64,000 nt of DNA from Eledone cirrhosa (GCA_964016885.1 OZ024747.1:43896001-43960000); one strand, 5' to 3'; positions 29,448 to 45,395 are shown, numbered from the stretch's first letter. Made by a program: numbers and translations. The notes: generated from the sequence alone by a model not told the origin.

Positions 29448-30206
29448 GCATGCGTGCGTGTGATTAGATGTACATGTACGTATATATATATATGTGTGCT
29501 TCGTGTGTATGTATGCGCGCCTTTGTATGTATGTACGGATGCATGTGCTTTTGTCTGTACGTATTTATATATATATATTTATATATATATATGTGTACGT
29601 ACGAACCTATGTTTGTTTTCTATTTTTTCTAGTGTTACTTTATAATTGATAACCCCTCCCTCTTACTTTCTCTTTGATTTAACATTTTTTTATTCTCATA
29701 TATTTTTTCATTTTTTCATTTTTATATATGTATCGACCTTCAGACTGACACTGCTTTGACAGATACACTCCCTTCCATGTATATATCACTCGCATATATG
29801 TGGTTGCGTGTGTGTGTGTGTTTATACGCGTGCTTTCAGACTTGTATGTGTATATATTTCAATCCTTAGTACCTGAGTCTGGATGTACGATAACTCTATA
29901 ATCTTACAATTTTTTTTTCAACATATATTATATACGTATTTGTGGTCACACATACACTGATATGCTTGCCCTCATATATGTACTTACGCACACATTTGTT
30001 CACTATACACATGCATTTGTACATACATACATATGTACATTTGTGAGTGAATATACAGACATTTATACACATACCCTAACTATATTTCCTTATTTTATTT
30101 TTATATATCTCTTGCATTACTTTTATTTATATATTTTTTGCCCGTTAAACTTTTGCCTTTCTTGAGGAGATTTTTCAAATATTTCACTGTTCTAAATTGC
30201 CTTGTC

Positions 30207-30297
<91 letters not shown>

Positions 30298-30437
30298 ATG
30301 TAAGCTATCGCCGTATTTTGACTAAAGAAATTAAAGAAATTATTTAGCCTGATAGTGGGGTTAAGAACCCTCGGAGAAATGGAAAAAGATGAGTATTGAC
30401 GTACATGGGAGTCGAACCCACATCTTTTACAATTATT

Positions 30438-30532
<95 letters not shown>

Positions 30533-30549
30533 AGAGAGAGAGAGAGAGA

Positions 30550-30617
<68 letters not shown>

Positions 30618-33589
30618 GAGAAAAAGAGATACAGTAAAAGGCTTATATATATATATATATATACTCCTGGACCGAGCAATGTGATGTGTCCTTGAGCAAC
30701 ACGCTTTACTTCACGTCGCTCTGGTGGTCTGAGGACTTTCTACTATATTAACGATATTGATAGCTCTAGTAACAGAAAAAAATGATCTATTGCTGAGACC
30801 GTCTCTCGTTTCTACACGCCAACATGAGATTGAGGCGACGTTATACTTGGATATGCTTGTTTCTTTCCTTCTAGACTTATCGTTTTTAAATAGAACTGTT
30901 AATTTAACATTACCGTCGATCTCATTCAGTATTTCTGAATCAGGTTGCTTTGTTCTTATTACTGTAGTCGTTGTTATTTTGTTTTGATGATGTTGCTTTT
31001 GTAATATAGTCGCCATCTGACCGCTGAGAGGACCTATGACTAAAAACAAGTTTATTGTTCCAGATAATACATCTCGGATCCCTTTATCCAATTTGTCTCT
31101 CCATGTATGATTGAAGCACAATTTGCCATTATGTCTAGCAGGTTCAGTGACTGGTTAAATATTAAATTACTATTACATTTTAGAGGATAATATTTGAACT
31201 AGTTCATCAATATTTTAAAATCAATTCAACAAAACTGCAGTACTCATCAAGATGATAGTAAGACGTTTGAAAGTTTAAATGTTAACATCACTTGATGTAG
31301 TTAAATTAATTAAACAAAAGAAAAACAATTCATAATTAGTTTAGTATTATAATTATGAATGAATGTTGAACTCAATTGTTGCTCGTTTTAGACTAATACA
31401 TTCAATAACATTAATAATGCTTTTAAGGCGATACTACGAATCAAGGCAGGAGATGGTTCGACTGTTATAGAGAATCATGTTAGTAAGTACTAAAGAAACC
31501 TTTGCAATGAAGCTAATATAAAATATTTAATAAAGGAAGTTTCCTCACTCTAAAGAGATGACAATGTGATTTTGACTGATCTATTTGTATAAAAATTGCA
31601 GTGATTTTTCACACATTTTCTAAATTCATAAAATATAGATTTACCAAAACTAAACACTAAAATCATGTCGCACTTTTGCTCTCGATTGATTATGAATTGT
31701 TGCATTTACAACTTTATTTTACTAAAATTTATCTCACATTAAGAATTCATAGTGTAAGAATGTAAGTAAGAAGTGTCACAAATTTTCACAAATTCCTTTC
31801 AAAATATTAAAATATTTAAAATTCCGATAAACAAAATCACAAACAAACAAAAAAATGAAAGTGTTCCTGATAAAAATATTCTTAAATGATTCATAATTCA
31901 TTAACTCCTGGTGACATTTTCACGTTGAATTTAGTGTTTTAGTATCTAAGCTTGGTTTATTTTTTCAATCGTATATAAATATATCATGCAATTCAAATTC
32001 AAATAATTTATGTTGTTCGTCTTCTCCATGTTGTTAATATTTCTGGATATTTATATACATTTATCGTTATGTAGAAGTGACACAGTATAAAAAGATTTAT
32101 CACTTGTGTCTAATGCTATATATATAGATAATGTATACTTGAATATATCAACCACAGTAATTTATTGATACGTATCTTACCGCCACTAGAAGGACGAAAT
32201 AATTCCCCTTTGCTGAATCGGTCCACTCGCAAAGACATTACTATCACAAACGCCTTTCCTTTACCCCTAACAAGTCTGCTATAAACACTAGCCATGTTGA
32301 CCCCAATCATTCATATTATATCATATTTATTTATTAATTCATTATTATCTGGTATAGTAATTTCAACACTCTTGTGTCCCCGTCTTCCTACCACTGCCAC
32401 CTACCAAGCTTTTACCTGATCTCTTTTTGTTTCGTCTAACCTACACAATACTTTTTTCACAACTTTCATTGTTATTTGTTTTCTATATTTATAACCATTG
32501 AAAAACATAGCCTACTGATACATCTACAGCAAAGAATACGTAACGCGATTTTTATGATACGCAAAAAATGTATAGATGCATTCAGTAAAGAAATATCGGA
32601 ATAACATTGAATGTTAGGTGTATGCAATTTCTTAACAATATCTATATTTATATATATATATGTATGTGTGTGTTTCAAATGAACTGAAGGTAAATTTATT
32701 TCTATGTGGGTATTTTGTAATTGTTTCGTTTCCTTTCTTTAATATTTTGACTGTTGTTATAGATATAATTGTATTTTTCTGCGATGCCCTGACTTCATCT
32801 TTTATTACAGATTGTTTAGTTTTCAACAACATTACATTTTACTGGTATGCTGTTGATTCCTTTTTACTATTGAGAAATCCAAATTGAGTCACGGCTGTGG
32901 AGTTCATTCTTTCTCTCAATTTGAAGGAATGTATGCGTTGTATATATCAGGTTTTAAAAGTAGTGATCAACACTAAGACCATCAGTAACAACTAACAACT
33001 TTATAACATTGTAATTTTCAAATAATGACATTCGTTCGCTTTATACTAGGATACCGTAGCTAATAATATGTTCTTGATCAAGGAAACTACTTCACATTTA
33101 CTCTATCTGCTTTAAACAACAACCAAATCTCCCTCAATACCATCCTAGTGTTTAAATATATAAGTAGACATATGAGATTGTATTCAATTTATATACCAAA
33201 AAGTATAGGTTTGTATCTGAAATCCTTATGAGGGTAGGTATTCAGGTTTGGGGTAGATCTGGCGCAAAACAACCACAACAGCATCATCCATTTAAGCACC
33301 CCAGGATTTAAAAGACATTTACCTCATATTTTCTTTATTTACATTCTATTTTCAAGACTGTTGATTTATTTTTCAAATTTCACTTTACTTAGGTTCAAAA
33401 GGAAAATTTTATATAAACCGAAATTAGACAATGTGACGATAGAGAGCGTGGTTATTATTTTAATATTTGTTTTGCACCACTCTATACACAAAAACAGCGC
33501 CATCTTCTTACTTTGAAATCAGTTCTATGAAATAACATAGAAAGGCCATAACAAAAACGGTGTGGGTGATTGGAGTTGTTTTTGGTCCT

Positions 33590-33685
33590 GTTTATCATCA
33601 CCATCATCATTATCATCATCCTCATCATTATCACCATCATCATCATCATCACCATCATCATTATTATTATTATTATCATTATTAT

Positions 33686-33752
<67 letters not shown>

Positions 33753-34083
33753 ATGTATTTATTTATTTATTTATTTATTCATTGCTTCTTCCTTATAATC
33801 TCAACAATATCTTCTCAGAAACGTCATCATATCACACAATGTATTGCTGAAACTCAGTCTGATGTCTCGGCATACCATGGTTCTACTCACGCAATATTCC
33901 TTTATTTCTTTTCTTTACATTTTATCACCATTACCATTGCTATTATCACCTCCCATCACCACCACCATCACCATCAACACCACCATCAATATCATCACCA
34001 CCACCATCACCATCAACACCACCATCAATATCATCACCATCATCATCATTATCATCACCACCATCATCACCACCACCATCATC

Positions 34084-34147
<64 letters not shown>

Positions 34148-34193
34148 CCAGCATCAACATCATCACTATCTTCATCATCACCATCACCATCAC

Positions 34194-34234
<41 letters not shown>

Positions 34235-34540
34235 CCATCAACAACATCATCATCATCACCACCATCATCATCATCATCATCATCACTACTACCATCATCA
34301 TCACCATCATCATCACCATCATCGTTATCACCAGCCTCATCATCATCATCATCATCATCATCACCACCATTATCATCATCACTACCAACATCATCATCAC
34401 CATGATCCTCATCAACATCATCATCATCATCACCACCATCATCCTCATCATCATCATCACCACCACCATTATCATCATCATCATCATCATCATTATCATC
34501 ACTATCATTGCCATCATCAACTGCCATATTATCATTCTCA
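33590..34540. repeat. Compound (CAT)/(TAT)/(TGT)/(CAC) trinucleotide repeats
   Basis: Direct reading. Confidence 0.95.
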
Positions 34541-34709
34541 TTATGCTACCACCCACCACTGCCTCCCTGTATACAAACCCCAGTAAACCAGAATCATTCT
34601 ATTGATGTTTCTTTGGAGAGACATTCAGTCGAAGGACTATTTTAGTTTCGTAAACTGTGTCTTCCTTGCCCAGTATTTTAGATAAAGAAAGGTAAAGAGA
34701 GAGGTAATG

Positions 34710-35013
34710 TTACATACATACAAATACATACGTACATACATACATACATACATATACATACATACATACACATACATACATACATACATACATACATACA
34801 AACATACATACATACATACATACATACATACATACATACATACATACATACATACATACATACATACACACATATATACATACATACAGACAAACCCATA
34901 CATATTAATACTTACAAACATACACACATACATACAAACACATACTTACATACATTCTTACATACATAGTACTTACATATATACATACACACACACATAC
35001 ATACATACATACA

Positions 35014-35046
<33 letters not shown>

Positions 35047-35335
35047 GCATATATACACACACGCACATACATACATACACACACATACATACATATATAT
35101 ATACATACATACATATATACATACATACTTACATACATACATACACACACACCTACATACATATATACATACATACACACACACATACATACATACACAC
35201 ACACATACATACATACATACATACATACATACATACATACATACATACATACATACATTCATTCATACACACATACACACATACACACATACATACATAC
35301 ACATACATACATACTTACATACATACATACATACA
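34710..35335. repeat. (TACA)n array, tail of the adjacent RTE-derived element
   Basis: Direct reading; abuts the element 3' end. Confidence 0.9.
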
Positions 35336-35935
35336 TGGTGGCTGCCAACTCGTTTTCGAGTACGGCCACTACTTTATATCCATGTAGGAGAACACCTACG
35401 GATGCGCTGAACGAGTGTGACTTTTTAGTCCAGCCAGCGATTTGAAAACTCTGGTACAAACACTACACTTTTGACAATTATTGACACATAGTGTCAATGG
35501 TACCATGTGACGACAAGTGCAGAGAGATCTCCAGATATAAAGCAATGCCTATGCCGTGAAGCTTTTATAGTGAGCAAAGACACTGCACAAAGCCAGTCTC
35601 ACTCTCTTAACCAAGATGATATGTACCAAAAAGAAGAACAAGTCAACATTATTGGATACCATCAGAGTTGCAGGTGTTATATCAGAGTTTTCCTTCTCCT
35701 AGAATTCTGCCTTGACAAAGGCTAAGGGGTCATCTCTCCCGGTGATTTTGGATGGCCATTGACTCTTAAGAGCTCCTTTGCCCTTTGACAGGTTTTGTTT
35801 TTAGTCCTGCAGGATGTCCAAAGTCACCCTCCTCAAGGAAAGCTTGGTGGGGGTTGCCAATTTAGTCGCCAACGACCCGACCATGAGACAGGTTGTACTG
35901 GGATACATGTTACCAGTAGCACCAACTGGTGACCT
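35336..35935 (-). mobile_element. Non-autonomous RTE-derived element, subfamily A
   Basis: RTE-5'UTR-like ctaggagaaggaaaactctgatat; 3' stem-loop ctcg(aaaa)cgag plus (ATGT)n tail; copies at 47257-47845 and 57445-57797. Confidence 0.75.
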
Positions 35936-36032
35936 GACATACATACATACATACATACATACATACATACATACATACATACATACATACATACATACAT
36001 ACATACATACATACACACATACATACATACAT

Positions 36033-36181
36033 AGATGATGGCTGCCCCCTCGTTATCGAGTATGGCCATTGCATGATATACCATTATTAATAATTATTAA
36101 TTAATTCTATCGTGCAATGCCTGTGCATGAAGATATTTTTTAAAGTGAGGAAAGACTGTGCACTGAACCAATCCCACTCTC
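36033..36181 (-). mobile_element. RTE-derived element subfamily B, 3' fragment
   Basis: Reverse complement of ~56620-56765. Confidence 0.8.
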
Positions 36182-36632
36182 GCATACATACATACATACA
36201 TACATACATACATACATACATACATACATACATACATACATACATACATACATACTTATATTCGAATGCATAGAGAAAGAGACGGACGGACAGACAAACA
36301 GACAAACATATAGGTAGTGAGGAATACATACTGATAGAGAAAGAATAAATGAGAAAGGGGGAAGAAGAATGAGCTATCTATGTAGGAAACAAAAAAGGAG
36401 GAAACACAAAGAAAAAAAAGAAGAAACATTTGGAAGAAAGGAATGAGAAAAAAGAAAAAAAGAAGAAATCGGAAAGGCAGAAAGTTAAATGTGGAAATGG
36501 AGACAGGTTTGTCAGAAAACTAAAGAAAGGCTAAGAGAGAATGTAAAGAATAAGAGCAATAGGGACAAATGAGAGAACATTTGTCCCTGTTGCTCTTAGA
36601 GAAAGAATAAAACAAAGATAGCGAAATAAAAA

Positions 36633-36856
36633 TAATTGTTCTATTTTAGGCACAAGACCAGAAATTTGAAGGGGAATGGAAAGTCGATTAAATCGACCTC
36701 AATACGTTACAGGTACTATGTTCTCTCGACCCCGGAAGGATGAAAGGCAAAGCTAACCTCGGTAGGATTTGAACTCAGACCGTAAAGGACCATAACTCTA
36801 TGCTGTAAAGCATGGTGTCTCACGCTCTATCGATACGCTCTGTCAATTCACCGCTC
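36633..36856 (-). mobile_element. tRNA-derived SINE family 1 with TSD
   Basis: Flanked by gc(g)gaaataaaaataat at 36621 and 36859. Confidence 0.85.
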
Positions 36857-37104
36857 CTGCGGAAATAAAAATAATACAAAGAAGAAAATGCAAGATAGAT
36901 TCAATGTGATGAGAAGGAAAAATGAAAGTAAATGAGGATTAGCATGAGACCTTTGAAATTATCTGAAACAGTTGTAGTCCTCTAGAAGTCATTTCTAAAT
37001 GAAATAAATATGTATCCTCTCTACTAATTTATTGAGTACTTTATTTATTAACAAATCCCTTCCGTTTCTCTTCGGAAAATCATCATTAAATATATATATA
37101 TACA

Positions 37105-37290
37105 AGGGCGGTGGATTGGCAGTATCAGTAGAGGGTCGAACACCATGCTTTCCAGCATAGTTACGTCCCTTTACGATCTGAGTTCAAATCCCGCCGAGGT
37201 TGACTTTGCCTTTCATCCTTACGGGGTCGATAAAATAAAGTACCAGTAATGCACTGGGTAATTGCTGGCCTTGTGCCTAAAGTAGAAACA
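37105..37290 (+). mobile_element. tRNA-derived SINE family 1 with TSD
   Basis: A box tggcagtatcag, B box gagttcaaatcc; TSD attaaatatatatatat. Confidence 0.9.
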
Positions 37291-37557
37291 ATTAAATATA
37301 TATATATATACACACACAAATAAAGATCCAGCGAGAATCGCATTTTCGGTGGGCAGGAAAAGCGAACGCAAAAATCAGAAATGATACTGGCTAAGTGCTC
37401 AATAGTTAAAAACCAGAGCTGAACAATGTGTTAAGAAGCCATACAAAACTGAAAAGGTGGTCAAGAAAGCATTAACCACCGAAGCCAAAAACCAAATCAA
37501 GCTAAACAGGTCAAAACAAAATATATGATAAAAAATAAGTGATAACCAGGGGAGGGG

Positions 37558-37600
<43 letters not shown>

Positions 37601-37797
37601 TGCGTGCGTGCGTGCATATGTGTGTGTGTGTGTGTGCGCGTGCGTGCGTGCGTGCATATGTGTGTGTGTGTCTGGATTTCGTATGTTGAAAGATATGTGG
37701 TATATTTAATAAATAAAAATTTTGAAAGCTCAGCTATGAATATTGAAAGGCTAACGACCAGCGCCGTCTAGCGGATTCCAGCAGAAGCAGCGAGGGA

Positions 37798-37871
<74 letters not shown>

Positions 37872-37973
37872 GTAATAATAATAAATTTGAAGACTAAAAT
37901 CCAAAGAGGGCTCGATAAGGATAAATATATTTCAAATATATAAGAATCGTACAACAAATATTTATTAAAATAA

Positions 37974-38048
37974 CAGATTAAAGTTTAAGCAAAGAATCGC
38001 ACCTTTCACCCTCAACGGGATCTTCTGAAACTAAAAAAAATCAATCTG
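37974..38048 (-). ncRNA. Hammerhead-like motif, CAGAAGA (U4A) core
   Basis: Reverse complement cagattga...agttt-CAGAAGA-tccc(gttga)gggt-GAAA-ggtgcgattctttgc-TT-aaact.ttaatctg; stem III weaker in this copy. Confidence 0.55.
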
Positions 38049-38527
38049 TGAACACAGAAGTAAATATTTCGAAAAACGTTGCAACAGAAGGAAGACAGGA
38101 AGGCGATACTTTGGTTTGTGGAGACGTACTCTGGCAATGAACGGCAAAAACGAAGATAATACGTCATTATGTGTTGCGATGAGTACAATTACACGCAAAG
38201 ACAAAACCACGTTTATGGTATAACTGAAGTGGTAGATTAAAATTCTATTTAGGAAACCGAATGATTCTCGGCTTCCGAGTTAAGAATAATGTAAATAAAT
38301 TACAGACGTTATTGAAATCAACAATAATTAAAAATATAGATGCACGCATCCATATACGTACATACACATACATGGCGGGTGTTTCCACGTATGCATGTGT
38401 ATGTACGTATATGGATGCGTGCATGTATATATTTAATTTTTGTTGATTTCAAGTATCTCCGTATTTTATTTACATTATTCTTAACTCTGAAGCCGAGAAT
38501 CATTCGATTTCCTAAATAGAATTTTAG

Positions 38528-39370
38528 CTTGTTTTCGTGCGGCCTCCAAACGCCACAGTGGTGCCTGGCACCATAGCCTGCCCTTCTCCTCCACTGGTAC
38601 GCAGCTAGACAACCATAGCCTGCGAATCAGCGTTTCCCTGAGGCTCGGCCTCTGGATCTGCCATCCACACCAATGTCGCTGCGGTTCCACCGTGGACTCT
38701 TTCGGCCTCCACCCGCTTTCCTGTCGCCACAGTGCCGGCCGCATTCCACGCCATGCTGCCCTCAATGAGGTCATGGGGCTGGTGGGGCTGGATCGAGGGG
38801 ACGGCAAAAGGCCAGATGGCATGACCATCTTCCCGTTCCGCGGTGGCAAACCCCTCGTCTGGGATGCCACTTTCACCGACACTTTCTGCAGCCGCAGCCT
38901 GGTGCAATCTGCGACTGCCCAGGTTCTGCTGCACGTCGGGCTGAGGGAGCCAAACTCCTCAAATACCGGTCGCTCTCCGACAGGTTTTCGGTCGTACCCC
39001 TGGCAGTGGAGACTTCTGGTATCCTCGGCCACAGGGCTACCTCCTTACTCACCACCATAGGCGCTGAGCTGGCCAGCCACAGGTGTGAGCCCCTCGAGTT
39101 GGAGTGGCTTTTCCAACGCGTCTCCCTTGCCGTCCTCCGGGAAAAGGCCTTCTCCATTCTGTCCGCCAGGGCTGTGGGTGGGCCCCATCGCGTACCGTTG
39201 TAGTTGTTGTATACAGATATTAACTCATCAATCTCATTGTCCTAATATTGTTATTTATTTATTGCACCAGCTGAAATGACGCATATTTTCGGTGATAGCT
39301 TGTCAAAATGTTTTTTTATTCTTATTTTTTATACTGGTAACACGTTTCTACAAGAATGTGAAAAATAAAA
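38528..39370 (+). mobile_element. CRE-clade non-LTR retrotransposon 3' fragment (CCHC + RLE)
   Basis: LRLGLWICHPHQCRCGSTVDSFGLHPLSC...RH, DGKRPDG, LVWDAT, AVETSG.LG, WLFQRVSLAV; A-rich end near 39360. Confidence 0.8.
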
Positions 39371-39704
39371 AATGTCTACGACTTCAGTTATACCTTATAC
39401 ATGGCTTTGTCTTTGCGTGTAATTGTTCTCGCGCACTACATAATGACGTATTATCTTCGTTTTTTTCGTTCATTGCCCGAGAACGTCTCCACGAACCACC
39501 TAATAGAATATTAGTCTACGACTTCATTTATACCATGAACGTGGTTTTGTCTTTGCGTGTAATTGTTTTCACCGGTCCAAATAATGACGTATTATCTTCG
39601 GGATTTTTTCGTTCTTTGCCAGGGAACGTTTCCACGAATCAAAGTATTGTCTTCATGTCTTCCTTCGGTTGCAACGTTTTTCGAAATATTTACTTCTGCG
39701 TTCA

Positions 39705-39778
39705 CAGATTGATTTTTTTAGTTTCAGAAGATCCCGTTGAGGGCGAAAGCAGCGATTCTTTGCTTAAACTTTAATCTG
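39705..39778 (+). ncRNA. Hammerhead-like motif, CAGAAGA (U4A) core
   Basis: cagattga..agttt-CAGAAGA-t.ccc(gttga)ggg.c-GAAA-gca(gcgattctt)tgc-TT-aaact.ttaatctg; all three stems form. Confidence 0.65.
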
Positions 39779-40514
39779 TTATTTTAATAAATATATATAT
39801 ATATATATATGCATATACTCTTTTACCTGTTTCAGCCATCCGGCTGAGGCCATGCTGGGGCATATATATATTAATTTCATATGTGTATGTATATATATAT
39901 ACATTTGTGTGTGTGTGTGTGTGGTGTGTGTGTGTGTGTGGTGTGTGTACGTGTGTGTGTGTACGTGTGTGTGTGTGTGTGTGTGTACGTGTGTGTGTGT
40001 GTATGTGTTGTGTGTGTATATCGATATATATTATTATTACTATAAATATACACATAAATACTTATATATATGCAATCACAAATATATATATATATAATGT
40101 ATATACAATATATAATATGTATAAACATTAATGTATATGCAGTATATACGCAGGCGGTGAAAACGATGTCTATTATTATAGGAAAAATGAAAAGTTCATT
40201 AGGAGTAAATAGTTGAGAAAGCGATATGTTGGAATGATTGCCAAAGATTTGGTAATGCTCATTTTATTTGGCACCATGTAAATAGCTAATAGCTTAATAG
40301 TTTACACGGTTTACACAATTACTTGACATAGAACATTCGCTAATGCTCACCACCACCTTAACCACCACCTCAACCACCACCGAAAATAAAACAGTGTCAT
40401 CATTAAATAATTAAGTGTGGTTAATAATGTTTCTTTTCATAAATATTACAATTATCATTTTCACATTCATCATCACCATTATCTTTAATATCTATTATTA
40501 ATATTATTATTATT

Positions 40515-41156
40515 GTTCTTTGAGCCTCAGTCATTGATGTTATTTAACTGGAAAGTTTGTTGAAATGAATATCAAGCCGCTACCTGCAGCCCCTCAAACA
40601 TTCAGGAGGTATCGGAGGGTTCTTGCTGTTCCCAGCAAACATGCCTTTTGATGTGTTCCAAAAAGCGGGGCTGGACTAATCTTCTTTAACCATCCCTTGA
40701 AACTCTTTGAGATAGTACCTAGTGCACCTATGACAATCGGGACGACCTTGATCTCGTGGCAGTTCCAAATCTTTTTTAACTCCCACTTTAAGTCCTGGTA
40801 TCGGTTAATTTTCTCCCTCTCCTTTTCTTGCACTCTCGTGTCAAATGGACAGGGTACATCTACAATCAGACACAATCTTTTTTCCTTGTCCAAAACCACC
40901 AGGTCAGGCCTATTGTGTTCTAATTTCTTGTCCGTCTGTATCCTGAAATCCCACAGCACCTTCACCTGATCGTTTTCTATCACCGACTCTGGCTTATGCT
41001 CATACCACTTCTCAGAATGTGGTAAATTGTTTACTTTGCATAGGTGCCAGTGGATCACCCTGCCCCTCACATCATGTCTCCAGCCTTTATAGTGAGTCTG
41101 GGCTAGGTGTTTACACTCGGATACAGTGTGAGCCACAGTCTCCTCTCTCTCCACAG
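40515..41156 (-). mobile_element. R4/Dong-like non-LTR retrotransposon 3' end (RLE) in (TAA)n
   Basis: ETVAHTVSEC...RHD, LWDFRIQTD..HNRPD, IVDVPCP, EKINRYQDL, PIVIGALG; attattatt flanks on both sides. Confidence 0.88.
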
Positions 41157-41790
41157 ATTATTATTATTGTTATTATTATTATTATTATTTCTTTTTCTGT
41201 TGCTATTATTTTAGAAATCGCTATTAATGTTAATGTTAGAAACCATTATTATTATTATCATTAATATTTCCAATTCTTAACATTGTTTTTTGTTATTATT
41301 ATTCTTGTTAATATTGTTATTGTTATTTTTATTTCTATTCAATTACTCTCAATGCTCATTTTCATACATAGAAACATTTTATTATCTGATTCAAATTGTT
41401 TAATGATTTTTTTTGTTTTGCCTATTTTGCTTTAATTTTTATTAGTTATCATGTAATTTTAATTGTTAAGAGATATAATCAGACACTTCCTTCTGCTAAC
41501 ACATAAACATTTATAAGCAGCAAACCAATAAGCGATCCTCTTGAAATAGTGCCTACATCTCCCTCAAATCATACTGGATTGTCTTAAAAAAGATAAAATA
41601 AGGGAATGCTATCCTAGGTATACTACGTCTGAAAGAACGATAATATAGCACTATCAGAAGCCCCTTTAATCATAGACATGATCTACCGGCGCTGACCTGG
41701 GCTACCATATCTAAGATAACGTTACTTGGAGTGTTCAAAAACTACTTACTGTCTATGTTGTCCAAACATATCGCATTATTGGTCTTATGA

Positions 41791-41973
41791 GGCGAATTGG
41801 CAGTATCGGTAGAGGGTCGGACACCATGATTTGACGCATAGAGTTACGGCCCTTGCCATTCTGAGTTCAAATCCCGCCGAGGTTAACTTTGCCTTTCATC
41901 CATACGGGGTCGATAAAATAAAGTACCAGTAATGTACTGGGTAATTGCTGGTCTTGTGCCAATAGTAGAAACA
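41791..41973 (+). mobile_element. tRNA-derived SINE family 1, full length with ~18-bp TSD
   Basis: A box tggcagtatcgg, B box gagttcaaatcc; TSD attattgg(t/c)cttatgagg. Confidence 0.9.
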
Positions 41974-42850
41974 ATTATTGGCCTTATGAGGGTTACCTCC
42001 CTTGCTTGCGTGTTTTAGAGTTTAAAAACCCCCGAGAGGAATTTTTAGTACTTATTTCTTGGATAACTCAATTGATCGAAGTTTTCAACTGACTATAGTA
42101 AATATCAATGTTTATGTATTCATAATACAGAACTCATCACTGTGGTAGTTTCTCCAGCTATATTGTCATTATAACTTATTGACTATCATATCAAATGCTA
42201 GAAAGAAAATGGTGGTAAAGGATGATGATGACAATTATGATAGTTCACCAGCCAAGCTCAAATTTACAATAATGTGACTGCAATAAATCATGTAATATAC
42301 AGTATATCATCGTGTGGCGCATTCTGTGAGCCTCTTTAGTCATGTGGAGTTAGCCTCATCCAGAATAGATTATAGTACATTACAGCAAACAAATGTGACA
42401 CCATATAGGTTATAGCAAGGCTGACAGTGCTAATGATGATGTTGTTTATACTCTCGTTATTCCAAATGTTACTATACATCTTTCCGTTACGATGATATAT
42501 CTAATTGAGGGAAATTTAGCTACTACTTATAGCAAAACTAGTGGTAATGTAGAGGCTTCCTTATTTGTTTCTGCTTTTATATACAGTGATGGATTGTATC
42601 ACTATGTGGTAGCTACTGTTTGGTGAACATGTGGTAGTTGGAGATAAGTGGTTTGGACACATAGTCAGCTCAGAGCAGATGACAGGATGTAAGCTGATGA
42701 TTGATTTCTCTGGTCGACAGAGAAACGATTGTAATATGTCCAATAAATTCCATTCGTCGCAACACTGATTCTCTCTTTTTTTCTGTGATATCATACTCTG
42801 CTCTATGAGAGCATCGAGTGCTCATACGGCCGCTTTAAGCATCCAACACC

Positions 42851-44345
<1,495 letters not shown>

Positions 44346-44480
44346 ATACTTTGGGAGGGTCATGTTGCCAATAAGAAACACACGCACCAGTTGCTTTCAC
44401 TTCAATTTAATTTAATATATATTTATAAATTTCTGGTTGGTTGGTTGGTTCCACAACCAGATAGTTGTTTATATATATAT

Positions 44481-44525
44481 AGTCATAGTTCTTTCGTCAC
44501 ACACTCTGTGACCTCTTCAGTGACT
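44481..44525 (-). ncRNA. Type I hammerhead ribozyme (inverted copy)
   Basis: Reverse complement of 44631-44675 with one loop II difference. Confidence 0.85.
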
Positions 44526-44630
44526 GGGGATTTCTTTCTTCGTTTCTGTGCCTTTCCTTTCTTCTATCCTACGCCATTTTGGCGTAGGATAGAAGAAAGG
44601 AAAGGCACAGAAACGAAGAAAGAAATCCCC

Positions 44631-44675
44631 AGTCACTGAAGAGGTCACAGAGTATGTGACGAAAGAACTATGACT
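44631..44675 (+). ncRNA. Minimal type I hammerhead ribozyme
   Basis: agtca-CTGAAGA-g.gtcac(agagtat)gtgac-GAAA-gaac-TA-tgact. Confidence 0.88.
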
Positions 44676-44888
44676 ATATATATATAAACAACTATCTGGT
44701 TGTGGAACCAACCAACCAACCAGAAATTTATAAATTTGTAAATTTATAAATATATATTAAATTAATTTGAAGTGAAAGCAACTGGTGCGTGTGTTTCTTA
44801 TTGGCAACATGACCCTCCCAAAGTATAACAATATCGGTTTCAACACACGATTTCAGATAAAGAATCTTGCTAAACAAATTCAGAAACG

Positions 44889-44965
<77 letters not shown>

Positions 44966-44976
44966 CATATATATAT

Positions 44977-45041
<65 letters not shown>

Positions 45042-45046
45042 TATAT

Positions 45047-45112
<66 letters not shown>

Positions 45113-45209
45113 GTATGTATGTATAAATGAATTTCAAAAGAGGAGGACCTGTAGGGAACCTTAGATGAATAAGATACATATCTATTTTATATAGAAGTGA
45201 CTTCTACAA

Positions 45210-45245
45210 GACAAGAACTGTTTCTTTCGTTTAAATCATCAGGTC
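45210..45245 (-). ncRNA. Candidate hammerhead with vestigial stem II
   Basis: Reverse complement gac-CTGATGA-tttaaac-GAAA-gaa(acag)ttc-TT-gtc; in a 125-bp island between microsatellites. Confidence 0.45.
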
Positions 45246-45364
45246 AGCTCATATACATACACACATACATTCATACATACATCATTCATACATACATAGA
45301 TACATACATGCATACATACATACATACATACATACATACATCCATACATACATACATACATACA

Positions 45365-45393
<29 letters not shown>

Positions 45394-45395
<2 letters not shown>

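Larger units (their letters stand above)
37958..39795. mobile_element. Large fold-back element (arms ~420 bp, centre ~38382) carrying variant HHRs, right arm interrupted by a CRE-like LINE
   Basis: 37958-38373 is the reverse complement of 38391-38527 plus 39500-39795; an extra ~125-bp arm duplicate at 39375-39497. Confidence 0.85.

Noticed and set aside
30345-30430. ctgatag...gaaa hammerhead-like string and a minus-strand B box (ggttcgactccc)
   Set aside because: Core is not CNGANGA and stems I and III do not form; no tRNA cloverleaf around the B box.
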